From Mayamaea pseudoterrestris (lineage: Eukaryota), in the NCBI GenBank assembly GCA_027923505.1, contig BROI01000023.1:186001-250000 (forward strand): a stretch of DNA of 64,000 bases. The letters run 5' to 3'. The position numbers and the translations under genes are program-made. Every line of letters starts with the position of its first letter. Position 1 is the stretch's first letter. Below, piece by piece: positions 55,164-64,000 of the stretch. The notes under the pieces are model-generated. The model ran no database searches. It was not told the origin of the DNA and saw only the letters and a program-made list of their open reading frames with translations.

Positions 55164-55563
55164 CGAAGCGTTGTTGTTGGAGTACATTAGCCAGCTGCAA
55201 TGTCGCATTGTCGATGAACAAGCGACGCGCCAACGAAGAGAAGGAAGACCTTCCTATCGCAATCTGCTGCACGGGTCGAGGCAAACGCATGCGACACTAT
55301 AGAATGGTCAACGCGGAACGAACAGTTATAACCAGACTATGAAAGTTTATATAATACGTGATTACTACTGATTGATGTAAAAGTGGATCTAGCTACAGTT
55401 GCATTATTTATTACATGACATAAAGTGTCACGGTTTGGGGCTGCACATTTATCACTGCAAAACTCATGACAGCCAAGAGTTCGCTCGCAGTCGGATGTTA
55501 CGATGATCCACAGACTTAACAATTGGCACGACATGTTCTTAATTATATGCCGCATACCAGTAT

Positions 55564-56673
55564 TCAAACAACAAGACCCTTCTCGGCATTTAAATACGTG
55601 GCCAACTGCCCGAGCCAAGTCAAGTCTTGCTTTCGAAACGCCACCAGGAGCTGATCGGACGCCATGCAAATGCACAACTCGTCCGAGATTCGCTGCAGTA
55701 CCACTGTTCGAATAGCGTCTTTGCTTTGATCGTCGTTGGCGGCCGCAGTGTCGTCTACACCAAACAGCAGAGCCTGAGAAACTGGATGTGTGACTGGCAA
55801 GGATATGCGACCCGTCGACGATTGTTGAAGCAGTTGGACAGCGTCGCAACATGCATCAGTGCGAAACGGCTCTTCCTTTGTGCCTATATTACTAGAAAAC
55901 AAGTGGCTCTCTCGCTCGATTCGAAAGCTAATTCCATTGCTGGTGTTCAGTATCATCATGCAAGACGCAGGCGTGAGCGACATGAATGTTTGCGTCGCCC
56001 ATTCAACTCGGTTTTGCCATTCGGCCGAGTATCCGTTCCTCTCTGAAGCAACTGTATTAATGGACCAAACCTTTCGCGTCGTCAAGGCATTTCTATCAGC
56101 GCCAGTTTTTATCTTCTGGTTCTTTGTTGGCAGTGCTAAATCATTCGAACCATTGCGATTGCTAGATCGAAAGGACTCGATGAATCCTTGCAGCAAAACC
56201 AGCAGACTATATGCAACCGACATGATCTCCGCAAGGTTGCTACTTGCAGTAGCGGTTGTTGTTTCTGTGATTGTTAATGCTCCGTAGTAGTGATTCCAAG
56301 CGGCCAAGCTCAAGCCCAAACTCCCTGCCAAAAGTCGCAATCGCGGTCCTTGCAAGCCTGGAATAAAAAAGCCTGAACCACGTTCCACGGCAGCAGACGG
56401 ACGAACGTAGACTCCTTCTGGTCGTTGAGTTCGTTGCGATTCGGTTGTTTGTACATTGGTAGAGAAAGACGTCTTGATTTGCGACTTGTCGCTTGACGAC
56501 GGATCAGCATCTTGACGTTCGGTTGCGGAAAGCTGCCATGACGGAAGAAAGCGACAAGTTTGATAGCGAGGTATGCTTTGCTGCACTTTTGTAAATGATT
56601 CACTTGCTAGAGGAAGCAGTAAAGTTGTCAGTAAGACTCTTCGGATGGCATAATGTTGCGGCGACTTCCTCAT
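55564..56673 (-). CDS. Probable plastid protein, CCB2/CCB4-like (cytochrome b6 haem ci maturation family)
   Basis: Signal ...LLLPLASESF; FIPGLQG.RLR followed by two hydrophobic helices; VEWATQTFM.LT; C-terminal F.KQDLTWLG.LA resembles the remembered CCB2/4 pattern. Confidence 0.55.
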   Translation of the reverse strand: MRKSPQHYAIRRVLLTTLLLPLASESFTKVQQSIPRYQTCRFLPSWQLSATERQDADPSSSDKSQIKTSFSTNVQTTESQRTQRPEGVYVRPSAAVERGSGFFIPGLQGPRLRLLAGSLGLSLAAWNHYYGALTITETTTATASSNLAEIMSVAYSLLVLLQGFIESFRSSNRNGSNDLALPTKNQKIKTGADRNALTTRKVWSINTVASERNGYSAEWQNRVEWATQTFMSLTPASCMMILNTSNGISFRIERESHLFSSNIGTKEEPFRTDACCDAVQLLQQSSTGRISLPVTHPVSQALLFGVDDTAAANDDQSKDAIRTVVLQRISDELCICMASDQLLVAFRKQDLTWLGQLATYLNAEKGLVV

Positions 56674-56861
56674 GGTCGTAAATGTGTGCGACAAAATCCG
56701 ATGATGTGTGGCTTCGTCATTTCAGTGCCGGTCAGACGAGAACAAAGTTAGGACAACCATGCAAGGATCTTACTATATACAACCGAAGCAATAAATAGCA
56801 ATTTGTATTAGCAATGAATTATGAGTGACTAAATAGAATGAGTCTACAGAGATGGTATTTT

Positions 56862-57827
56862 CTAGGATGAGATGGCAGAGGAAGAGACAGAAGCAGACTC
56901 GAGCACAACTTCGATTGGCTCCTCATCAGGAAATGTAGTACTTGCTATGATAGTTTCCTTCGCAGTTGTATCACTTGTGTCACTGGAAATGGCGCTCAGT
57001 AGAAACATCCAAAAGAAAGATACACATGCGATGAATAATATGCGATAGCGCTCCGGAACGACAGAGAATGTAACGGTTTGAACAGGGGTCCACAATCCCC
57101 AGTACTTTATCAACAAACCGCGTCGCAACACATCCTCCTTGTACTTTCCGAGTCCCTTTATGGCAGTCTCGGACCATTTTCCATTGGTAGCTGGTGCGTC
57201 GCTCGACTCGTTCTCGTTCGCGTCGTCGCCAGAGTTCATGACGAATGCCTTGATAATGTACGCACACGGGAGACACGCAAACGGCGCAAAGATGATCTGG
57301 TCCGCCAAAACACTCGTTGCTACCGTTTGGAAGGAACCGTCATTGCCAAACCAAGCTGGAAACAAATGTCCATACAAAAACTCCTGAAACAGTCCTTGGT
57401 AGATGCCGCCATAGACGATAAAGGCTACATTGCGCGCAAGGTCAAGACTGTTGCTCTTCTCTTGATGAGTCGCAATGGTAGAGTTGGCGGGAGCTGTAAC
57501 TCGATCATCTTGATCTGTGGCATCGCTGGACGCAAGCTGCGACTGAGCCACAAGGTCGGCTGTTCCAGCTTTGAAGGAACACGTCAGAAAGGCTGCAATG
57601 TATGGTTGAGTTTGAAAGAATGAGTCGATGGCCGACGTTAAGGGTTCTGGAGATACTTGGAGCGCTACTGGGTGTATTGTAGATTGACTTGGTGATATTC
57701 TCCTGCTAGTTACAAATGTTACTGGCGCGTTAGAAAAGGAGAGGATGTGCTCAAGCCTTGCAAGAAGAACGAGCGTAATTAAGCGTGTCCTCGAGAATGG
57801 TTCTAATATCCATATTCGTTTCTTCAT
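56862..57827 (-). CDS. Mpv17/PMP22 family membrane protein
   Basis: KAGTADLVAQ, DLARNVAFIVYGG.YQG, DQIIFAP, YWGLWTPVQTVTFSVVPERYRILFIACVSFFW. Confidence 0.88.
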   Translation of the reverse strand: MKKRIWILEPFSRTRLITLVLLARLEHILSFSNAPVTFVTSRRISPSQSTIHPVALQVSPEPLTSAIDSFFQTQPYIAAFLTCSFKAGTADLVAQSQLASSDATDQDDRVTAPANSTIATHQEKSNSLDLARNVAFIVYGGIYQGLFQEFLYGHLFPAWFGNDGSFQTVATSVLADQIIFAPFACLPCAYIIKAFVMNSGDDANENESSDAPATNGKWSETAIKGLGKYKEDVLRRGLLIKYWGLWTPVQTVTFSVVPERYRILFIACVSFFWMFLLSAISSDTSDTTAKETIIASTTFPDEEPIEVVLESASVSSSAISS

Positions 57828-58399
57828 TATCTTTTTCAAAGTAACCAAATTTTTCTTGTTGATTAATGGTAGACGATTGCAGCAACAATAGAAGTGCAAG
57901 TCTTGATGAATGGCCTGTCGACTTGTCGACTGACGCCAATTGTCGCGCGCCAACGAAGAGAAACATTCAAATCCTTTGAACCGCTACGACATGCGCTATA
58001 CTAGCGGTGGCAGGCACATTTTTATCTTGCGTGGATTGACTCATTTTTCCGATTAGGGGTTAATCTGAATAAGTCACGACGTGACTTTACTTAAGGGCAA
58101 AATACATATGCCGGTCACAGTCGCGAAATAAATTCTGACGCCACAAAAAGGATGGTATGCCGCTTCTATAGCCCCGCTTGTCTGCGCGTGCAGTTGTCAC
58201 TGTCAGTGGCGAAATGGTCCGGGGAAGACAAGATGGATAAATTCGACCAGCACAGCGCAAAGTTTCAACGAACAAATCAAAGTAGCAGATTATACAGGGC
58301 TCAGACTTTTGCAAAGTAAACAGCTTGTCAAGGCGCTATACACAGTTCATCTGATCCATTCAGAGACTCATTCCCGTTAGCTAAGCAGCCCGCAAGAAC

Positions 58400-58876
58400 A
58401 TGATTGCCCAACTCACGAGCGACACTTCCACAAGATCCATCAATAGCCAATGCTCCCAAACTCCAAAGTCCAAGCGCACACTACTGGATCGTCTTGGAGG
58501 AGTCCCAGCGCTGAGAGCGGCCGTTTCGGAGTTTTACAAGCGTCTCTTGGCCGATCCCGCGCTGACCATCATGTTTGAGGGTGTCCGAATGCCTCTGCTC
58601 CGTACACATCAGCTAGCGTTTATGCGAACTGCTTTCACTGAGATTCCTGAAGACTTTGATGTATTCAACCATATTGTCCAAAAGCATATGCGTCTCTTTT
58701 ATGACAAGGGACTCAACGAGACACATTTTGATTTGGTAGCGACGCACTTTGTCCAGACGCTGCAGCATTTGGGAATTTCGGTTGAGTTGGTGACGGAAGT
58801 GGTGGACATTGTCGTCCCATTGAGAGCCGCGTTTGCCCATGGAGCAGAGATTAACGTTGGTCGCTATTTTGTTTGA
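58400..58876 (+). CDS. Group I truncated (2/2) hemoglobin, single domain
   Basis: TLLDRLGG..ALRAAV.EFY.RLL.DP.L..MF; HQLAF; KH (F8); GLNETHFDLV. Confidence 0.92.
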   Translation: MIAQLTSDTSTRSINSQCSQTPKSKRTLLDRLGGVPALRAAVSEFYKRLLADPALTIMFEGVRMPLLRTHQLAFMRTAFTEIPEDFDVFNHIVQKHMRLFYDKGLNETHFDLVATHFVQTLQHLGISVELVTEVVDIVVPLRAAFAHGAEINVGRYFV

Positions 58877-59365
58877 GCAGCTAAAGTTTACCTATGTGTG
58901 TAGATTCCGTTGACTATTACCACGACAATGTATACTACTGTATACCCAACAACGCATAATGCATATGCTGGCACTAACATATCTGCGCGCTTCAGCTTTG
59001 TAAAGCTATTACTGTACGTACAACAAAGTCGGCAGGAAAGCGCATAAAGGCAAGGCTTGCCTGAAGGATAGGTCGACTAACAGAGCTTCTGCAAGAAGGC
59101 ATGTGAGGTGAAGTCAATCTGGATGGTGTCGTTGTCATTGCTTTGTCGCGACTATGCATACTGTACCGGTAGTACAGTATAGCCCAAGTCACGACGAACA
59201 AGTCAATAGCGGAGACGATGACGTAGTTGAGGTTCGTTGTCATCGTCACTGGACTCGTCGAATATCAGGCAATTGTCCAAGTTGAAGTGGAAACGTGCCA
59301 ATTATTTCGAGACTTGGGACCGAAAGCCACATTCACTCAAAGACTCTCCTCCAGCCCAAGCAACC

Positions 59366-60220
59366 ATGAGGAAGGATGCAACCTTGTTTGACCGCCTCGG
59401 CGGCTTACCAGCTCTCCGTGCCGCCGTGGATGAGTTCTACAAGCGACTCTTGGCAGATCCGGAGCTTTTCGTCATGTTTGAGGATGTTCGCATGCCTCTC
59501 TTGAAGACGCATCAACTTGCATTCATGAAGGTGGCCTTCAGCAAGATTCCCGATAACTTGGATGTTCCAAAGCTGATCATGACGAAACATATGCGGCTTT
59601 TTCTCAACAAGGGACTCAACGAGACTCACTTTGATCTCGTTGCGCAGCATCTAATTGATACATTGCAACATCTCAAAATCAAGCAGCACTTGATCGACGA
59701 GGCCATAGGAGTCATTGCTCCTCTTCGAGGGGTTTTTGAACAAGGCGGCAAACTCAAGGTTGAAAAGGAGGCTCGGGCATCCTCTCCAGTCAGCACTGCC
59801 ACTGATCCAGCCATTGAAGCCGCTGTGTCATCGTCGCTTTTGGAACGACTTGGAGGCACGGACGCCGTCCAAGCGGCTGTCAAGGGACTCATGGAGTGCA
59901 TGACGGCGGATCCGGAGTTGCTGCCCTTCTTTGACAACGTTAATTTGGGGCAAATGAAGCGTCATCAAGTCGCCTTTATAAAAATTGCCTTTTCCGACTC
60001 TCCCAAGGACGCCAGAGGCCTCGACGAACATATTCGCAAGTCACACGCTCGACTCATGCAAGAGAACGGTTTAAACGCACGACATTTCGACCGAATGCTA
60101 TCGCACTTTCAAAACGTTCTGAATGACTTGGAGGTTGCAGAACCCGTGATTGATGAGGCCAAATTGGTCCTCGGAAAGTTTCGCCGCGTCTTTGAGCAAT
60201 TGGAACTTGTTGAATGTTAA
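59366..60220 (+). CDS. Two-domain group I truncated hemoglobin
   Basis: Two LxxRLGG...HQxAF...H...GLNxxHFD domains; first ATG 59366. Confidence 0.92.
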   Translation: MRKDATLFDRLGGLPALRAAVDEFYKRLLADPELFVMFEDVRMPLLKTHQLAFMKVAFSKIPDNLDVPKLIMTKHMRLFLNKGLNETHFDLVAQHLIDTLQHLKIKQHLIDEAIGVIAPLRGVFEQGGKLKVEKEARASSPVSTATDPAIEAAVSSSLLERLGGTDAVQAAVKGLMECMTADPELLPFFDNVNLGQMKRHQVAFIKIAFSDSPKDARGLDEHIRKSHARLMQENGLNARHFDRMLSHFQNVLNDLEVAEPVIDEAKLVLGKFRRVFEQLELVEC

Positions 60221-60650
60221 AGTAACGTTGTATCGCAGCACATGGTAATAGTTTAGCGTTTATAAGAAGAATGTTTAAATGCTAAAAGCACTACTTTGCT
60301 TGTGAGCAGACTCGAAGAAGCACCAGTGACACAAGAGATAGCTCGCCTTCACCATTGTTCTTTCGTGGCCATTGATAGGGTTCAGGTTTCCCGGTGGAAG
60401 AACTGCCGCCGGAAGAAAGCGACCAAGAGACGGAAACAAACACACCAAAAGTACTCCACCGATCTTCATCATGCTCCACAATCCGCAATTTACAATCTAC
60501 CGTCCCCATCGTCGTCGTCCTGTCTTGGTCGCTAACTTGTCGAAAGAAGCGATAACATTCCACTTGCTTTTATTGGCATTCCGGCATTCCCTCGACCTTC
60601 AACTTTCTGTCCGCGACCACTGCTAACATCCTTTTCGTCACGTACGCATC

Positions 60651-61514
60651 ATGGCGACTGCAAAGAACGAATCTCCTACACTTTTTGATCGTCTTGGTGG
60701 CGTCGTTGCGCTCCGAGCTGCTGTTGAGGAATTTTACAAACGACTGCTGGATGACCCCAAGCTCTACATAATGTTCGAAGACGTCAAGATGCCACTGCTC
60801 AAGTACCATCAGTTGGCCTTTATGAAGATTGCATTCAGCAAAATACCCGACGATTTGGATGTGGCTGAATTGATTTTGCAGAAGCACATGCGATTGTTTT
60901 TAAACAAGGGTTTGAACGAAACGCATTTTGATATTGTCGCTCAGCACTTTGTCGAAACTCTCCATCACCTCGGCATTGGTAACGATTTGGTGAATGAAGC
61001 GGCCGGCATCATTGTGCCATTGCGACCAGTCTTTCAAAAGGGAGCGTTGCTCAAGCTAGAGCAAGACAAGGCCAAGGCGGACGGAAAAGCTTCCCCAGTG
61101 ACAACCATTGTCCATGACCAGACTCATCATGCCAACGAACCAACCTTAATCGATCGACTCGGAGGTAACGACATGGTCAAGGCTGCCGTTAAAAGTTTGT
61201 ACGAGCGCATGCTAGATGATCCAATGCTCGAACCATTTTTTGAATCCATCAATTTGGCGCAGCTCAAGCATCACCAGATTTCGTTTCTGAAGATTGCCTT
61301 TACGCAGGTGCCGAGTGATCTTGACGTCACCCAGTACCTTGGCCAAACGCACGCTCGCTTGATTCAAGAACAAGGTTTGAATGCGATGCATTTTGACAGA
61401 ATGCTTTCGCATTTTGCCAATGCTTTGATCGAGCTTAATGTGTCGGAAGGGGTGATTCAGGAGGCCGCATCGGCCATTGGAGCGTTTCGCGTGGTTTTTG
61501 AAGCAAAGGAGTAG
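60651..61514 (+). CDS. Two-domain group I truncated hemoglobin
   Basis: TLFDRLGG and TLIDRLGG domains, each with HQ, F8 His and HFD. Confidence 0.92.
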   Translation: MATAKNESPTLFDRLGGVVALRAAVEEFYKRLLDDPKLYIMFEDVKMPLLKYHQLAFMKIAFSKIPDDLDVAELILQKHMRLFLNKGLNETHFDIVAQHFVETLHHLGIGNDLVNEAAGIIVPLRPVFQKGALLKLEQDKAKADGKASPVTTIVHDQTHHANEPTLIDRLGGNDMVKAAVKSLYERMLDDPMLEPFFESINLAQLKHHQISFLKIAFTQVPSDLDVTQYLGQTHARLIQEQGLNAMHFDRMLSHFANALIELNVSEGVIQEAASAIGAFRVVFEAKE

Positions 61515-61941
61515 GTGCCTGCTTTAATTAACTCATAGTCCTGTCTTGTTCTACCTGTGTGTTGTATAGTTGTATACTCGTACCTCCAACTAGCACACAC
61601 AGCGCTCACCTATGTTGAAGTTGAGAATTGGAGTGACGACCATGCGTCATAATGATCTCGTTCGGGTCGTGTCGCTCGGTCATTTCGACAGTGGAAAGCG
61701 ACCCTTTATATTGCCGGACGTTTTTGTTGAAACTGAAGTTGCCAAAATGCCGGAACTACGTTCGCGAACGGGGGTTCGTGCGAACCACCTTCTCATTTCT
61801 ATCGGCACGTTGCGCCACTAACTGTAAACAAGTGAACCAAGTGGCCTCATAAAATCCAAAACACAACCATTTGAGATTCACTACAGCCTTTTACTTTCAC
61901 ATCTCACATTCCGTCCTTCTAAAGCAACTGCTCAAGCAACC

Positions 61942-62490
61942 ATGCAGATTCTTGATGACGCATCCATTTTAACTCCAGCTCTCTACGCGTCGGTTATTCT
62001 CCTCGTTGGTGTATCGGCGTGGGCATTGAACGCGCGCTTGACGCAAAAGTCCAAGACATTTACTAGCAAAAGGTCGCTCACGATCAAGGAGAAACTTGGA
62101 GGCGATGCTGCAATTGAAGCCGCTGTTGATGAATTCTACAGGCGCGTCCCGGTCGACCCCCAGCTGGCTCCCTTCTTCGCCGGCTTCTCCATTAAGCATC
62201 TCAAGAATCATCAGCGCAACTTTATGAACAATGCATTTACTGGTAATCCGGGTAACTTGGATTTACATGACATGATGCTGAAGCGACACGCCAAGCTTTT
62301 CAATGAGCGAGGACTGAAAGCGGAACACTTTGACCTTGTGGCAGGCCACTTGGTGGCGACACTCCAACACTTGGGCGTTGAACCAACAGTCATTGGTGAG
62401 GCGGCTGCCGTCGTCATGTCGCTTCGTCCAGCCTTCGAGGAAGGCGAGCAATTGGCCAAGTTTGCCAAGGCAAATGAAAATCAAGCCTAG
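61942..62490 (+). CDS. Group I truncated hemoglobin with an N-terminal hydrophobic anchor/signal
   Basis: LYASVILLVGVSAWAL, then EKLGG.AAIEAAVDEFY...DPQLAPFF...HQRNF...RH...HFDLV. Confidence 0.9.
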   Translation: MQILDDASILTPALYASVILLVGVSAWALNARLTQKSKTFTSKRSLTIKEKLGGDAAIEAAVDEFYRRVPVDPQLAPFFAGFSIKHLKNHQRNFMNNAFTGNPGNLDLHDMMLKRHAKLFNERGLKAEHFDLVAGHLVATLQHLGVEPTVIGEAAAVVMSLRPAFEEGEQLAKFAKANENQA

Positions 62491-62716
62491 ATAACAAATG
62501 AAGCAAGAGACGTGTGTGGAGTCTTGCTAGGTTCAACAAGTAACCTATAATATAATGGCAAGAATTTTATGTGACGTTTAACGAAATAAACCACAAATTT
62601 GTCGTTTAGCTTCCCGTGCCAACTATGTCAGACACGACTGGTCGTAAGCTTTTGCCGTTGAGATGAGGCAAGAGTTGAGTTTGCCGAAGACTTGCTGTCC
62701 AAACACATCAGCAATC

Positions 62717-63934
62717 TTATGAATTAAGCGCTATGGCATGTATATCTTTAGCCGAGCAAAGGATTGTAGCCGACTTGGTGGCGCCAGTCACTTGGCAAAC
62801 CTCGCTATCGCGTAGGCAGATGGGAGTGGACGGCGCTAAACTGGCCGACTTGTCATTGACGAGCTCATTCCACTGGTCATCCATATGAGGAAAGAAAGAG
62901 TACTGGCCAACAAGACTCAACCCTGGAGTTCCTTTCCAATCTTCGTAACTTTCCATTCCAAGCACAACGCGGGGATCGTCCCAGCCCTTCCAGCAAGCCG
63001 TTTCCATCCTTGCGCCAACCAAGATGGCGCCCGCGCTGGACCCAATGTACATTCCGCTCTTGCTTGTGCAGAAATCAAGCAAGTCTTGCTTATACCCGAT
63101 CGTCTTGTGCAGGCAGTGGTGCAGCCAGAATGTGTTTCCGCCTTGCACGTAGACCAAGTGTGGCTGCCATGTGCGCATGGCGTCGTGCGCCGTCTGTGGA
63201 AAAGCACTTGCCGCAGCATGAATTCCACCAGTCGCTTGCGGCTGCTTGATTGACCCATCGTCCCAGTCAATGGTCACCACGTGAATGTCAATAGATGGAA
63301 GAAGCTCTTGCAGCAAGTTGACAATGTCGTTCCGACGTGACTTGCCGTCGGCCCTTGCGCGCTGCCGTTGCTTGCCAGGTGAATTAGTCGAGTCAAGTCG
63401 CAATGCATACATGGCGGTGGGAATGTAGACGAATCGAAGAATGAGCGAAGAAGATTCATTGTCGTTGCTTATGTAGTCCTTCTGATATTGCCGCAGCAGA
63501 TCAAGTGGACTCGTTGCACCTTTATTCTGCTGCAACTGCTCGAGCGCGTCATCAACAAACTCCAGCTGCTCCACCGCCGACATGTCTGGCCCTGCGCAAG
63601 GACTGAATTTGACAGTATCTTTGATTCTTTGCTCCAATCTGTGCTGCTCCTGCGTCAGCAAGGCGAGAATCAAGCCTTGTTGAACAAACGCTTGAGCTGT
63701 GGGATTGGGTCGCAAGCCGTCAGAGAATGATGATAACAGCAATCCCTGCGCCATCCACGGTCGACTTTCTTTGTCAGCATTTGTATCATCTGCATCATGA
63801 GAGACTCCAAAACGTGCTGATAGTTTCGTTGATTGTCGAAGAAACAAGCCTTGCGAAGATGCGACGAGACAGAATGCTTGGCCGCGTTGAATAGTAACGA
63901 GGACGAAAAGAGTCAATGATGCCAGTTTGATCAT
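62717..63934 (-). CDS. Peptidase S51 (dipeptidase E/cyanophycinase-like) family protein with presequence
   Basis: YIPTA, YVQGGNTFWL, YIGSSAGAIL (catalytic Ser), FFPH; signal peptide ending GQA-F. Confidence 0.82.
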   Translation of the reverse strand: MIKLASLTLFVLVTIQRGQAFCLVASSQGLFLRQSTKLSARFGVSHDADDTNADKESRPWMAQGLLLSSFSDGLRPNPTAQAFVQQGLILALLTQEQHRLEQRIKDTVKFSPCAGPDMSAVEQLEFVDDALEQLQQNKGATSPLDLLRQYQKDYISNDNESSSLILRFVYIPTAMYALRLDSTNSPGKQRQRARADGKSRRNDIVNLLQELLPSIDIHVVTIDWDDGSIKQPQATGGIHAAASAFPQTAHDAMRTWQPHLVYVQGGNTFWLHHCLHKTIGYKQDLLDFCTSKSGMYIGSSAGAILVGARMETACWKGWDDPRVVLGMESYEDWKGTPGLSLVGQYSFFPHMDDQWNELVNDKSASLAPSTPICLRDSEVCQVTGATKSATILCSAKDIHAIALNS

Positions 63935-64000
63935 TAGTTACTGTTCAAGCAATTACTACGAATGTAGATTATGCGCATTGCTTTCAGATAAATTGGCATC

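Noticed and set aside
59357..59368. CAAGCAACCATG shared before the globin starts at 59366 and 61942
   Set aside because: Explained by paralogy and a typical A/C-rich start context; too short to call a regulatory element

Overview
Gene-dense eukaryotic nuclear DNA, almost certainly from a diatom. The evidence is short GT-AG introns, ASAF-type bipartite plastid presequences, an Lhcz-type antenna gene and a DUF6824 protein. About 25 protein genes are supportable: DBP7-like helicase, LYRM5/ETFRF1, two RBR E3 ligases, PMCA-type Ca2+-ATPase, a bacterial-type GHMP kinase/UDP-sugar pyrophosphorylase fusion, HCF107/Mbb1, QCR6, a SET-domain protein, PP2C, DnaJ, DCAF7, a four-gene/six-domain truncated-hemoglobin cluster and others. 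The most striking material is non-coding. (i) A ~349-bp tandem array opens the window. (ii) An 11.6-kb array of 169-bp monomers contains a 4,648-bp segmental duplication and a hypervariable ~7-nt window per monomer. Both arrays are CpG-depleted, packed with dyads, and share the palindrome core ACAA-C-TTGT. (iii) A dispersed element with fixed ends and 5 or 10 copies of a 42-bp TGACG-bearing unit sits 60-70 bp upstream of two unrelated start codons. All calls are by eye; no searches were run.
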